Source of the DNA: Undibacterium sp.
GTDB taxonomy: Bacteria > Pseudomonadota > Gammaproteobacteria > Burkholderiales > Burkholderiaceae_D
Length of the DNA: 64,000 nucleotides
Direction: 5' to 3'
Assembly (NCBI GenBank): GCA_041913845.1
Contig: JAYSEN010000010.1
Span: 25,707 to 89,706 of the forward strand
Every line of letters begins with the position of its first letter. Position 1 is the stretch's first letter. Below are positions 20,891 to 31,495 of the stretch, one piece after another. The notes beneath the pieces are model-generated. The model searched no databases, was not told the DNA's origin, and saw nothing but the letters and a program-made list of their open reading frames with translations. The position numbers and the translations under genes are program-made.

Positions 20891-22024
20891 TTAATTTTTA
20901 GTTGGCTGAGCTTGTCCGCAGTTACCACAGAAAACATCGGCAGCATTCAGCGGTGCCTGACAATGCTGGCAAGTTTGCTTCTGAGTTTGCGACACAGCTG
21001 CTGGAGTTTCACCCAGCTCGGGCTCATGGCGCTGACGCACTTGCTCGGCATAATTTCTGGCATCGTTAAATTTGCTATGCAATTGCTGTTGCGTTTCTTT
21101 GAAATCCAGATCTTTGGTGACTTCCAGATAAATCAGGCAATTCCCATAAATAAAAGTCAGCGTTGGCACTAAGGCCGCCAATAAAGCGAGTGTGGCCATG
21201 GCAAAGCCTGTTGCTTGCATATTGCTGGTAAACATACCCATCTGTGCGAACACACTGGCAGTTTCCAGGCTGTCGCGCATGCCAAAGCGATGCGTACTAT
21301 GCGGAAAGGTTTCGCTGAAATCAAAGGCACCCACACCCAATAAGCCCGACAACATCGTGGTCGTGGACATGCCAGTCATAATGATCATCATTAACACCAG
21401 CATCAGTAAGCCAACCAGCAAGCTTAATAAACTCATGTGTGTGATGACGTCGACCAGACGCACACGAATAATAGTAATTAAGCGCGCAACCGTGTTGATT
21501 ATGCTATTGCCTTGCCAGATTGCGGGTGCTGCAAGCGGAAAGGCCACCCCAAATAATCCGATAAAGCACAGTCCCAATAGCAGCGATAAGACCGGCATCA
21601 GGATGGCGTACAGCAAGGGTCCCAGACCGGGTAACTTGCACATGAATAATAAAAATGGCGCCAGTAATACCATACTCAGTGCGATGACGATTAAGGCCAG
21701 TGCCACCCCTATCAGACGTCCCAGACTCAATAAGGCCAGGACCAAGGCATCCGGCAAATTGAGTGGCTGACCCTGAGCCTGGCGCATCAGGATGTAGCCG
21801 GTCATCGAATAGGTGCATAAAAATAGAACCAGGGTAATTAATAAGCAGAGTAAGGCCAGCATAATGCTGCGCGGCATCAGCCAGACGCTGAAACTCAGCA
21901 TGCTGACGCTGATAAAGCCCCCAGAGATTAAGCTGACTACGGCGCGCCAATTGCGCGCGGCGTCAGTAGCGCGGAGTAGAGAGAGTGCTTCTTGATGGGG
22001 TGGTTTTGTCATGCGGTGGCTCAT
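20891..22024 (-). CDS. Polytopic membrane protein with C-terminal zinc ribbon
   Basis: Multiple hydrophobic segments and CQHC...FCGNCG at the C-terminus. The start may be 22012. Confidence 0.75.
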   Translation of the reverse strand: MSHRMTKPPHQEALSLLRATDAARNWRAVVSLISGGFISVSMLSFSVWLMPRSIMLALLCLLITLVLFLCTYSMTGYILMRQAQGQPLNLPDALVLALLSLGRLIGVALALIVIALSMVLLAPFLLFMCKLPGLGPLLYAILMPVLSLLLGLCFIGLFGVAFPLAAPAIWQGNSIINTVARLITIIRVRLVDVITHMSLLSLLVGLLMLVLMMIIMTGMSTTTMLSGLLGVGAFDFSETFPHSTHRFGMRDSLETASVFAQMGMFTSNMQATGFAMATLALLAALVPTLTFIYGNCLIYLEVTKDLDFKETQQQLHSKFNDARNYAEQVRQRHEPELGETPAAVSQTQKQTCQHCQAPLNAADVFCGNCGQAQPTKN

Positions 22025-22101
22025 ATGAAGTGGAAAGGTCTATTCAGTTATGCTTGCGCATCTGCGTTGGCCCGGCAGTTGCCGAACCAGGTTGGTCGGG
22101 T

Positions 22102-22980
22102 TTAGTTTCTTGGCAAACGCGCTTCGATCAGAATTTGTCGGGCGCGCCGGTTATTCGGATCATTCGCCAGCACATCTTGCGCCAGTTCCGCGGCGCGTTG
22201 GCTCTGGCCACGTCGCAACGCTTGTTCAGCCTTGCGTAACATGGCTTTTACATCGACTTCGTCAAAAAATTCTTCATCGGATTCTTCATCGTCATCAATC
22301 GGGCGAGTTTTTTTGCTGCTTGCTACCGCATTGCTGTCCGCTAACTTGGGTTCACTCAAGCTGCCCTCTGGTAGTTTTCTGCTCACTGTTGTGTCTGCAG
22401 TTTGGGGCGCGGTATTCGTAGCGCTTTCGACCTGTGCGCTAGCTGGCGGACTAGCGATATCGGTGGGCGTGGCGGGTAAGTCTTGCGGGGCGATGATGGT
22501 TTCTTCATGCTGTGAGACGGCACTTGTTGCCTGACTGAGTGAGTCATCCGCCGGTTTTTTGTGGCTATACCAATACCAGCCCCCTAAACCTGCGACGACT
22601 AACACACACACCAGCGCCAGCCCTGCGATGAGCCAGCGCGTGTTACCTGCGTGTGCGGCGGAAGTCGGCAGATCCAGACTCAGCTTATCGTTGACGTGCA
22701 CGCCTTGTGCGGTTGTTTGCGGTTGCGCCAGGGGCTGCTGCTGAGTATCCGAAGTTGCCTGAACGCTGGCTTCCAGTTTAGAGCTGCTGGCGGCAATGAG
22801 TGCACTTATGTTGCTGCCACAATGTGTGCAAAAACTGCTGTCTGCTCTGACGCTGGCATGACAGTCAGGGCAATTTTTGTAGCCTGGATTTGTGCTCGTC
22901 GTGCACGCTTTGCCACAGGCCGTGCAAAATTTGGCGCCAGCTTGCAAAGTATGGCCGCAATGTAAACATGAGTTAGACAT
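22102..22980 (-). CDS. Double zinc-ribbon / single TM / TPR-like protein
   Basis: CLHCG..FCTACG and CPDC..FCTHCG, one TM (WLIAGLALVCVLVVAGLGGWYWY), a Ser/Thr/Ala/Pro linker, an acidic run and a TPR-like end (AQDVLANDPNNRRA). Confidence 0.8.
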   Translation of the reverse strand: MSNSCLHCGHTLQAGAKFCTACGKACTTSTNPGYKNCPDCHASVRADSSFCTHCGSNISALIAASSSKLEASVQATSDTQQQPLAQPQTTAQGVHVNDKLSLDLPTSAAHAGNTRWLIAGLALVCVLVVAGLGGWYWYSHKKPADDSLSQATSAVSQHEETIIAPQDLPATPTDIASPPASAQVESATNTAPQTADTTVSRKLPEGSLSEPKLADSNAVASSKKTRPIDDDEESDEEFFDEVDVKAMLRKAEQALRRGQSQRAAELAQDVLANDPNNRRARQILIEARLPRN

Positions 22981-23382
22981 AGCAATAACGTGAATAAAAA
23001 GATAATTTTAATGGAAAACAGGGCTAACGCAAAATGGTGCTGATCTGGCGTGAAGTCGGAGACGGTACTTGCATATGGCAAGGTGTAAGCACGAGGTTAG
23101 CGTCTGTTTTGCGCAAGTCCTGGTCTAGATGAATAATAAGTAAGGGTTTTTTTGGACGGCTGAAGCGCTTTGCTAATCGCATTGGCCTGTTGGCTAACTC
23201 GCTTTGGGATTAACTTTGCGACCTTACATCTGGTTGTGCTTGCTCTGGGCCAGGTTCAGGCTTAAGTTTGCGTAGTAAAGGCAAAGTTGTAGTCCAGGCA
23301 TGGCCCTTGATGCACTGACGCAAAGTTATGTGTATGTTGCGATGCAACTAAAATCCCGCATTATGAAAACACATATCGCTAT

Positions 23383-23410
23383 TTGAAAAAATCCAGACTG
23401 CTGTTAGAAT
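23383..23410 (+). promoter_or_regulatory. Putative sigma70 promoter of the pyruvate dehydrogenase operon
   Basis: TTGAAA-16 nt-TAGAAT with a TGn extension, followed by the imperfect palindrome ctgaccaaaattttgtcag (23430-23448). Confidence 0.5.
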
Positions 23411-23618
23411 AGCTGCAGCCTGTAAAAGTCTGACCAAAATTTTGTCAGGGTCCTTAAATGAACGCTAAGACCAGCAGGTGAAAACGCTTATTCGATGTTG
23501 GTAAGTTGTATTCTGATGGGCCTGAAACATGGGTCGTTTGGAACTTCAGCTGCCAGCAGCTTATTTTCAGAAGCCAGGTGTCTTGCGCCTGGTACTACCA
23601 AACCGGAGACTTTTCAGT

Positions 23619-26315
23619 ATGTCACCTCAGATAGATCAACTTCTGGCGCAAGCCAATAATGACCCCGACGTCGTCGAAACTCAGGAATGGCTCGATGCCA
23701 TGGAAGCAGTGATTGATAATGAGGGACCTGAACGTGCTCATTATCTGATGGAGCGCATGGTTGATCTGGCGCGCCGTCGCGGTGCGCACATCCCATTTTC
23801 TTTAAACACCGCTTACGTCAACACGATTCCGGCTGATCAGGCTGAGCATTGCCCGGGCAATCTGGAAATCGAAGAGCGCTTGCGTTCGTATATGCGCTGG
23901 AATGCGATGGCGATGGTGGTCAAAGCCAATCGCTTTGATGGCGATCTGGGTGGTCACTTGTCCTCGTTTGCCTCGCTGGCGAACATGCTGGGCATAGGCT
24001 TTAACCATTTCTGGCACGCGCCGACTGAAGAGCATGGTGGTGACTTACTGTATATCCAGGGCCACTCGGCACCCGGTATTTATGCCCGTGCTTACTTAGA
24101 AGGCCGGATTTCCGAAGAGCAGTTATTGCACTTCCGCCGCGAAGTCGATGGCAAAGGTTTGTCGTCTTACCCGCATCCGAAATTAATGCCCGATTTCTGG
24201 CAATTCCCTACCGTATCGATGGGTTTAGGCCCGCTGATGGCAATTTATCAGGCGCGTTTCCTCAAGTATTTGCACGCGCGTGGTATTGCTGACACCGAAA
24301 AACGCAAAGTCTGGGCTTTCTGCGGTGATGGTGAGATGGATGAACCTGAATCCATGGGCGCGATCGGTATGGCGGGCCGCGAACAGCTGGATAATCTGGT
24401 AATCGTGGTTAACTGTAATTTGCAGCGTCTGGATGGTCCGGTACGTGGTAATGGCAAAATCATCCAGGAACTCGAATCCGATTTCCGTGGCGCTGGCTGG
24501 AATGTCATCAAAGTAATCTGGGGCAGTGGCTGGGATGAATTGCTGGCCAAAGACAAAGATGGCATCTTGAAAAAAGTGATGATGGAAACCGTAGACGGTG
24601 AATATCAAAACTACAAAGCCAAAGATGGCGCTTATGTCCGCAGCCACTTCTTTGGTAAGCATCCAAAACTGCTGGAAATGGTCAGCAAAATGTCGGATGA
24701 CGATATCTGGCGTCTGACTCGCGGTGGCCATGATCCGCACAAAATTTACGCGGCCTTTAAAGCAGCGCAAGAAAACAAGGGTCAGCCTACCGTTATTCTG
24801 GCGAAGAGTATTAAAGGCTATGGCTTTGGTAAAGCCGGTGAAGCGCGTAATACTGCGCACAACACTAAAAAACTGGCGGATGAATCGATACGCGAAATGC
24901 GCGATCGCTTCCAATTGCCTATCTCTGACGAACAATTGCCAGCGATTCCTTTCTTTAAACCGGCTGACGATTCACCAGAAATGCAGTATCTGCAAGAACG
25001 CCGTCGCGCGCTCGGTGGTTACTTGCCACAACGCCGTCAAAAAGCCGATGAACAGCTGGTGGTGCCCGAATTATCGGCATTCCAGGCGATGCTGGAACCA
25101 ACTGCAGAAGGCCGTGAAATTTCGACCACTGCTGCCTACGTTCGTGTACTCAACGTCTTGCTACGTGACAACAGCATAGGTCAGCGCATCGTGCCGATTA
25201 TGGTCGATGAATCGCGTACCTTTGGTATGGAAGGTTTGTTCCGTCAAATCGGTATCTTTAGCCAGGTTGGCCAATTGTATGAACCAGTCGATAAAGATCA
25301 GGTGATGTACTACCGCGAAGATAAAGCGGGCCAGATTTTGCAAGAAGGTATCAATGAAGCCGGTGGTATGAGTTCGTGGATCGCTGCGGCGACGTCGTAT
25401 TCGACCAATAACCGTGTGATGATACCGTTCTACACCTATTACTCGATGTTCGGTCTGCAACGTATTGGCGATCTGGCCTGGGCTGCTGGTGATATGCGCG
25501 CCCGTGGTTTCTTAATCGGCGGCACGGCTGGTCGTACCACGCTGAATGGCGAAGGCTTGCAACATGAAGATGGTCATAGCCATTTATTAGCTTCGACGAT
25601 TCCTAACTGCGTGCCTTACGATCCAACTTTCGCGCACGAAGTTGCGGTGATTATTCAAGACGGTTTGCGTCGCATGGTCGCCAATCAGGAAGACGTGTTC
25701 TATTACATCACCGTGATGAACGAGAACTACGGTCATCCAGGTATGAAGCCAGGTCAGGAAGAGGGCATTATCAAAGGCCTCTACCTGTTCCAAAAAGCCG
25801 AAGAAACCACCAAACACCGCGTGCAATTATTAGGCTCGGGCACGATCTTGCGTGAAGTGATTGCGGCGGCTGAGTTGTTGAAAAACGATTGGGGTATCGC
25901 TGCTGACGTCTGGTCGGCTCCATCGTTCACTTTGTTGGCGCGTGATGGTCAGGATGCGGAACGCTGGAATATGTTGCACCCAACCGATAGCCCACGTTTG
26001 CCGTATATCACGGAGTGCCTGAAAGACACCCAGGGTCCTATCGTGGTCTCGACCGACTATATGCGCACCTATGCTGAACAAGTACGTGCCTTTATTCCAC
26101 GTGATCGTCACTATAAAGTTTTGGGTACCGATGGTTATGGCCGTTCCGATACCCGCGCTAAATTGCGTGAATTCTTTGAAGTGAATCGTTATTTCGTGGT
26201 GATTGCGGCCTTGAAATCGCTGGCTGATGAAGGTGTTTTATCAGCGTCGGTGGTTGCTACTGCAATCAGCAAATACGGGATAGATCCAAATAAACCTAAT
26301 CCGGTCACTGTATAA
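23619..26315 (+). CDS. aceE: Pyruvate dehydrogenase E1 component (homodimeric)
   Basis: ETQEWLDA, TVSMGLGP, GDGEMDEPES and NCNLQRLDGP motifs. Start moved to ATG 23619 after GGAG. Confidence 0.97.
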   Translation: MSPQIDQLLAQANNDPDVVETQEWLDAMEAVIDNEGPERAHYLMERMVDLARRRGAHIPFSLNTAYVNTIPADQAEHCPGNLEIEERLRSYMRWNAMAMVVKANRFDGDLGGHLSSFASLANMLGIGFNHFWHAPTEEHGGDLLYIQGHSAPGIYARAYLEGRISEEQLLHFRREVDGKGLSSYPHPKLMPDFWQFPTVSMGLGPLMAIYQARFLKYLHARGIADTEKRKVWAFCGDGEMDEPESMGAIGMAGREQLDNLVIVVNCNLQRLDGPVRGNGKIIQELESDFRGAGWNVIKVIWGSGWDELLAKDKDGILKKVMMETVDGEYQNYKAKDGAYVRSHFFGKHPKLLEMVSKMSDDDIWRLTRGGHDPHKIYAAFKAAQENKGQPTVILAKSIKGYGFGKAGEARNTAHNTKKLADESIREMRDRFQLPISDEQLPAIPFFKPADDSPEMQYLQERRRALGGYLPQRRQKADEQLVVPELSAFQAMLEPTAEGREISTTAAYVRVLNVLLRDNSIGQRIVPIMVDESRTFGMEGLFRQIGIFSQVGQLYEPVDKDQVMYYREDKAGQILQEGINEAGGMSSWIAAATSYSTNNRVMIPFYTYYSMFGLQRIGDLAWAAGDMRARGFLIGGTAGRTTLNGEGLQHEDGHSHLLASTIPNCVPYDPTFAHEVAVIIQDGLRRMVANQEDVFYYITVMNENYGHPGMKPGQEEGIIKGLYLFQKAEETTKHRVQLLGSGTILREVIAAAELLKNDWGIAADVWSAPSFTLLARDGQDAERWNMLHPTDSPRLPYITECLKDTQGPIVVSTDYMRTYAEQVRAFIPRDRHYKVLGTDGYGRSDTRAKLREFFEVNRYFVVIAALKSLADEGVLSASVVATAISKYGIDPNKPNPVTV

Positions 26316-26387
26316 ACCTTGATCTGACAATGCGGCTGCGAGTGTTTCACTGGCAGCCGTTGGCACTTGCGCATAGGGAGCGAATAA

Positions 26388-27716
26388 ATGAGCACAATTG
26401 AAGTCAAAGTACCGGATATCGGTGATTTCAAAGAAGTTGAGATTATTGAAGTGATGGTCAAGGTCGGCGATAGCGTTAAGGTCGATCAATCCTTAATCAC
26501 GGTGGAATCAGACAAAGCCAGCATGGAAATTCCTTCCAGCCACGCTGGCGTGGTCAAAGAAATTAAAGTTGCAGTTGGTGGTAAAGTGGCTGAAGGCAGT
26601 TTGATCCTGGTGTTAGACGCAGCTGGCGCTGCCGCCGTTGCACCAGTAGCTGCCGCGCCTGCTGTGGCGGCAACGCCAGCTCCAGCGCCAGTAGCTGCTG
26701 CCACTGTTGCCACTCCTGCTGCAGCACCAGCACCAGCTGTCGCTACGCCAGCCGCAGCTGCCCCTGTACAAACTGCGGCCGCCGGCAAAGCCCATGCTTC
26801 GCCATCGGTACGTAAATTTGCGCGTGAACTCGGTGTGGATTTGACTAAGGTCGCGGGTTCTGGTCCTAAAGGTCGTGTGACTCAGCAAGACGTGCAAAAC
26901 TTCGTCAAAGGCATTATGGCCTCAGGCCCGGCGGCTGCAGTGGCGGCTTCGGCGCCAGTCAATGGCAGTGGCGCAGGCTTGAATTTGTTGCCGTGGCCAG
27001 CGCTGGATTTCTCCAAGTTTGGCGAAACCACCTTACAGCCTTTATCGCGCATCAAAAAACTCAGTGGCCCGAATTTGCATCGCAACTGGGTGATGATTCC
27101 TCATGTTACGCAATTTGACGAAGCCGATATCACTGAGCTCGAAGAATTCCGTAAATCCTCGAATGAAGCCCTGGCTAAGTCGGGCGTTAAACTGACGATG
27201 TTGGCATTTGTGATCAAAGCGTCGGTAGCGGCCTTGAAGAAATTCCCAGCCTTTAATGCTTCGCTCGATGCAACAGGTGAAAACCTGATACTGAAGCAAT
27301 TCTATAACGTCGGTTTTGCCGCCGATACACCGAATGGCTTAGTTGTGCCGGTGGTGAAAAATGCCGATAAGAAGAGCGTTTCAGAAATCGCTAAAGAAAT
27401 GGGCGAACTCTCTGCGCAAGCGCGTGATGGCAAACTCAAACCAGCGGATATGCAAGGCGCAACCTTTACCATTTCTTCCTTGGGTGGCATAGGTGGTACC
27501 GCTTTCACGCCGATTATCAATGCCCCTGAAGTGGCAATTTTAGGCTTGTCGAAATCAGCCATCAAACCAGTCTGGGATGGTAAGCAATTCCAGCCACGTT
27601 TGATGTTGCCGTTGTCGCTGTCTTACGATCATCGCGTCATCGATGGCGCAATGGCTGCGAAATTCGCCGCTTATCTGGCCGATATTCTGGCCGATATGCG
27701 TAAAACTTTGCTGTGA
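26388..27716 (+). CDS. aceF: Dihydrolipoamide acetyltransferase E2 with a single lipoyl domain
   Basis: One [13 protein letters not shown], the [17 protein letters not shown] binding domain and the SYDHRVIDG catalytic motif. Confidence 0.97.
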   Translation: MSTIEVKVPDIGDFKEVEIIEVMVKVGDSVKVDQSLITVESDKASMEIPSSHAGVVKEIKVAVGGKVAEGSLILVLDAAGAAAVAPVAAAPAVAATPAPAPVAAATVATPAAAPAPAVATPAAAAPVQTAAAGKAHASPSVRKFARELGVDLTKVAGSGPKGRVTQQDVQNFVKGIMASGPAAAVAASAPVNGSGAGLNLLPWPALDFSKFGETTLQPLSRIKKLSGPNLHRNWVMIPHVTQFDEADITELEEFRKSSNEALAKSGVKLTMLAFVIKASVAALKKFPAFNASLDATGENLILKQFYNVGFAADTPNGLVVPVVKNADKKSVSEIAKEMGELSAQARDGKLKPADMQGATFTISSLGGIGGTAFTPIINAPEVAILGLSKSAIKPVWDGKQFQPRLMLPLSLSYDHRVIDGAMAAKFAAYLADILADMRKTLL

Positions 27717-27727
27717 GAGGGGATGCC

Positions 27728-29839
27728 ATGAGCCTGATCGACGTTAAAGTTCCTGATATTGGTGATTTCAAAGAAGTTGAAATTATCGAAGTGCTGGTGA
27801 AAGCTGGCGACACGATTAAAAAAGACCAATCCTTAATCACGGTGGAGTCGGATAAAGCTTCGATGGAAATCCCATCCAGCCATGCCGGTGTGGTCAAAGA
27901 AGTCAAGGTTAAAGTCGGCGAAAAAATCGCTGAAGGTGGCTTGGTGTTAGTGCTGGAAAGCGCTGACGGCGCGGCTACTGCAACTACTGCTGCACCTGCC
28001 GCAGCGGCCGCGCCATCTGTTGCTGCCGCAGCTGTGGTTGCTGCTACGGCAGCTCCAGCAGCACCAACCGCGGTGGCCGCCATCGTTGAAGTGAAAGTGC
28101 CGGATATCGGTGACTTCAAAGAAGTTGAAGTGATCGAAGTCTTGGTCAAAGTTGGCGATAGCGTTAAGAAAGACCAATCGCTGATCACGGTGGAATCAGA
28201 TAAAGCCAGTATGGAAATTCCATCCAGCCACACAGGCGTGGTCACCGAAGTGAAAATCAAGCTCGGCGATAAAGTCGCCGAAGGCAGTATCGTCGCGCTG
28301 GTGCAAACCAGTGAGGCTGCCCTAGCCACGCCAGTGGCTGCAGCTCCGGCACAAGCAGCCGCAGCGCCAGCCGCTCCAGTCGTTGCGCCAGCGGGTTCCA
28401 GCTACAGCGGTCAGGTTGATATCACCTGCGAAATGATGGTCTTGGGCGGTGGCCCTGGTGGTTATTCCGCCGCCTTCCGCGCGGCTGATCTGGGCATGCA
28501 AACCGTGCTGATAGAAAAATACGCGACCCTGGGCGGGGTTTGCCTGAACGTCGGTTGTATTCCATCTAAAGCCTTATTGCACGTTGCTGCCGTCATTGAT
28601 GAAACTTCGCACATGGCGGCGAATGGCGTGACATTTGCTAAGCCCGAAGTTGATCTTGATAAATTACGTGCTTACAAAGATGGCGTGATCAAGAAAATGA
28701 CTGGCGGTCTGGCTGGCATGGCGAAAGCACGTAAAGTCACGGTGGTGCAAGGCGTGGGGCAATTCTTAAGCGCCAATCATATTGAAGTCACCGCAGCGGA
28801 TGGCACGAAAAAAGTGGTGCAATTCCAAAAAGCGATTATCGCCGCCGGTTCTGCCGTTGTGAAACTGCCTTTCGTACCAGAAGATCCACGCATCGTCGAT
28901 AGCACGGGGGCGCTGGAATTGCGACAAATTCCTAAGCGTATGCTGGTTATTGGCGGCGGCATTATCGGTCTGGAAATGGCGACTGTGTACTCGACCCTGG
29001 GTGCGCGTATCGACGTGGTTGAAATGATGGATGGCTTGATGCAAGGCGCGGATCGCGACATGGTCAAGGTCTGGCAAAAATACAACCAGCATCGTTTTGA
29101 TAATGTCATGCTCAAAACCAAAACCGTTGCCGTTGAAGCTTTACCAGAAGGTATCAAGGTCAGCTTTGCCGCTGCGGTCGAAGGTGAAACCGCACCTGAG
29201 CCACAAGTGTATGACTTAGTCTTGGTGGCCGTGGGTCGTAGCCCGAATGGTAAAAAGCTGGCGGCGGACAAAGCCGGTGTGGTGGTGAATGAGCGTGGCT
29301 TTATCCCCGTGGATAAGCAAATGCGTACCAATCTGCCACATATCTTTGCGATTGGCGACATCGTTGGTCAACCTATGCTGGCACACAAAGCTGTGCATGA
29401 AGCCCACGTTGCGGCAGAAGCGGCACACGGTGAAAAAGCATACTTCGATGCGCAAGTGATTCCATCGGTGGCTTACACGGATCCTGAAGTTGCCTGGGTC
29501 GGTGTCACCGAAGATGAAGCGAAATCGAAGGGCTTGGCGGTAGAAAAAGGCGTGTTCCCTTGGGCGGCCTCAGGTCGTGCAGTAGCGAATGGCCGCGATG
29601 AAGGCTTTACTAAGCTGATTTTCGATGCTGAAACCAAGCGCATCATCGGTGGTGGCATCGTTGGTACTCACGCTGGCGATATGATAGGTGAAATCGCGCT
29701 GGCGGTTGAAATGGGTGCTGACGCTATCGATATCGGCAAGACCATCCATCCTCATCCAACGTTGGGTGAATCGATAGGTATGGCGGCTGAAGTTTACAAA
29801 GGCGTTTGTACCGACTTACCACCGCAGCGTAAGAAGTAA
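27728..29839 (+). CDS. lpdA: Dihydrolipoamide dehydrogenase E3 with two N-terminal lipoyl domains
   Basis: Two [13 protein letters not shown] domains, then [20 protein letters not shown] and HPHPTLGE. Start moved to ATG 27728. Confidence 0.97.
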   Translation: MSLIDVKVPDIGDFKEVEIIEVLVKAGDTIKKDQSLITVESDKASMEIPSSHAGVVKEVKVKVGEKIAEGGLVLVLESADGAATATTAAPAAAAAPSVAAAAVVAATAAPAAPTAVAAIVEVKVPDIGDFKEVEVIEVLVKVGDSVKKDQSLITVESDKASMEIPSSHTGVVTEVKIKLGDKVAEGSIVALVQTSEAALATPVAAAPAQAAAAPAAPVVAPAGSSYSGQVDITCEMMVLGGGPGGYSAAFRAADLGMQTVLIEKYATLGGVCLNVGCIPSKALLHVAAVIDETSHMAANGVTFAKPEVDLDKLRAYKDGVIKKMTGGLAGMAKARKVTVVQGVGQFLSANHIEVTAADGTKKVVQFQKAIIAAGSAVVKLPFVPEDPRIVDSTGALELRQIPKRMLVIGGGIIGLEMATVYSTLGARIDVVEMMDGLMQGADRDMVKVWQKYNQHRFDNVMLKTKTVAVEALPEGIKVSFAAAVEGETAPEPQVYDLVLVAVGRSPNGKKLAADKAGVVVNERGFIPVDKQMRTNLPHIFAIGDIVGQPMLAHKAVHEAHVAAEAAHGEKAYFDAQVIPSVAYTDPEVAWVGVTEDEAKSKGLAVEKGVFPWAASGRAVANGRDEGFTKLIFDAETKRIIGGGIVGTHAGDMIGEIALAVEMGADAIDIGKTIHPHPTLGESIGMAAEVYKGVCTDLPPQRKK

Positions 29840-29860
29840 TTCGCCTTAGCTAGTTGGATT

Positions 29861-29894
29861 AAAAAACCGCAGCAAAAATAGCTGCGGTTTTTTT
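29861..29894. terminator. Bidirectional intrinsic terminator
   Basis: aaaaaaccgcagc-aaaaata-gctgcggttttttt between lpdA and the convergent MerR gene. Confidence 0.85.
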
Positions 29895-29916
29895 ATATCT
29901 GTGGTTTCGCGCTGTT

Positions 29917-30336
29917 TCAGCTCGCAGGCATTTTTTTAGGCAGTGCTTGCCGCTGCCGCTGACGTTCGGCTTTCTTTAATAAGGTTTGAAATTTAGGGCA
30001 AGCTAGATGATGTTCGGCACGGCAAGCCGCCGCATGTTGTAAGGCGTCGCGTATCGCAGTTAATTGCTTAATTTGTTGCTCGATGTGCTGGGCCTTTTTA
30101 AGCAATTTATCGCGGTCGATTTGCGGTATTTGCTGAGCCAGCATCGGTGCGATTTCATCCAGGCTAAAACCTGCTTGCTGGCCCAAAGAGATCAACGCTA
30201 GTTGCGTCAAGACTGTTTCGGCATACTGGCGTCGCAAGCCATGGCGCTGGCTGGACGCGATCAAGCCTTTTTCTTCGTAATAACGTAAGCTCGAGGCGGG
30301 TATGCCCGAACGACGCGCGACTTCACTGATATCCAT
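29917..30336 (-). CDS. MerR-family transcriptional regulator
   Basis: MDISEVARRSGIPASSLRYYEEKGLI HTH and a C-terminal ACRAEHHLACPKF Cys pair. Start moved to ATG 30336. Confidence 0.92.
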   Translation of the reverse strand: MDISEVARRSGIPASSLRYYEEKGLIASSQRHGLRRQYAETVLTQLALISLGQQAGFSLDEIAPMLAQQIPQIDRDKLLKKAQHIEQQIKQLTAIRDALQHAAACRAEHHLACPKFQTLLKKAERQRQRQALPKKMPAS

Positions 30337-30450
30337 GGGTTTTAATCCTATGCTGAATGACCAGCCTGATGCCATCTTGCTGGCGCGATCTCAACCAGTT
30401 GGGCTCAGGCAAATTCTTTGATTTTGCTAAGCGGGTATTTTAGCTTGCGC

Positions 30451-30481
30451 TTGACTTCAAGTCGGCTTGAGTTGCTATGCT
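30451..30481 (+). promoter_or_regulatory. MerR-type promoter/operator (19-bp spacer with dyad)
   Basis: TTGACT (30451-56)-19 bp-TATGCT (30476-81). The spacer contains the imperfect dyad TCAAGT-cg-GCTTGA, resembling SoxR/MerR boxes. Confidence 0.8.
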
Positions 30482-30612
30482 TACTCTGTCGTCTTACTCC
30501 AAGGACAGCAAAGCGCAATGCGGGACAGTATAGCCGCGCCATGGAAATGCGGCGTACTGGCTGGCGCATGACTATAATCCGCTGACATCAGCGATACTTT
30601 AGAGGGATAAAA

Positions 30613-31257
30613 ATGGAAGCAGAATTCTGGCATAAAAAATGGCAAACTGGGGATATAGGTTTTCACACTGCCAGCGCCAACCCCTTATTAATTGCGCATT
30701 TCAGCGCACTCAAGTTGACGCCCGGGCAAACGATATTTGTGCCGCTGTGCGGCAAAACCCTGGATATACATTGGCTACTGGCGCAAGGCTTGCATGTCAA
30801 AGGCATAGACTTGAGTGAAATTGCGATACGCGAATTATTTGCAGAACTGGGTTTAAGCCCCCATGTGCAACAACTGGGTGATTTATTGCATTATCAGGCG
30901 GATAAAATTGATATCTATGTTGGCGATGTTTTCGCCTTGCAAGCAGAGCAACTTGGTCAGGTCGATGCGATTTATGATCGTGCTGCATTGGTGGCATTAC
31001 CCGCTAGCCTGCGGTGTGATTATGCGCTGCATTTGCAAGCGATTAGCCAGCGTGCGCCGCAATTGTTGATCGCCCATGAGTATCAACAAGATTTAATGAA
31101 CGGCCCGCCCTTTGCAATTACTGCCGATCTGGTCGCAGACTTATATCAAACGAATTACCATTGCGAATTATTGGCGCGAGTTGCGATAGAAGGTGGTTTT
31201 AAAGGCAAGATTCCGGCTGATGAAGCGGTTTGGCGATTACGCGCACATGGCGCTTAA
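30613..31257 (+). CDS. tpm: Thiopurine S-methyltransferase (Se/Te methyltransferase family)
   Basis: FWHKKW...IGFH, FVPLCGKTLD, GIDLSEIA, GDVF and YDRAALVALP motifs. Confidence 0.92.
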   Translation: MEAEFWHKKWQTGDIGFHTASANPLLIAHFSALKLTPGQTIFVPLCGKTLDIHWLLAQGLHVKGIDLSEIAIRELFAELGLSPHVQQLGDLLHYQADKIDIYVGDVFALQAEQLGQVDAIYDRAALVALPASLRCDYALHLQAISQRAPQLLIAHEYQQDLMNGPPFAITADLVADLYQTNYHCELLARVAIEGGFKGKIPADEAVWRLRAHGA

Positions 31258-31495
31258 TTGTTAGTCAAACGAATGCCAAAGTCGACCCCGAAGAGCACAT
31301 TTTAACTGTTGCCAGGGTGCTGGTTATGGCCTCCGGCTGGCTTGTTGCGCAAGACTTAAGTAGGTTTGTGCCAGCGCAAGTACGCACGCCGCAAAAAACG
31401 TTTGCGCTTGAATTCAAGCTTGCCCTGACCTATTGTCAAACCTGACTAAGCCGACTCAGCTACGTGCTGAAGATGCTCATTGCAGGAGGTTGATG

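Noticed and set aside
24225-25826. Several long antisense or alternative-frame ORFs within aceE (similar ones occur in livK, the S9 peptidase and the sheath gene)
   Set aside because: Shadow ORFs of strongly codon-biased genes, with no motifs or RBS.
27637-28329. 230-aa minus-strand Ala/Thr-rich ORF with an internal repeat
   Set aside because: Antisense shadow of the lipoyl repeats and Ala-rich linkers of lpdA.
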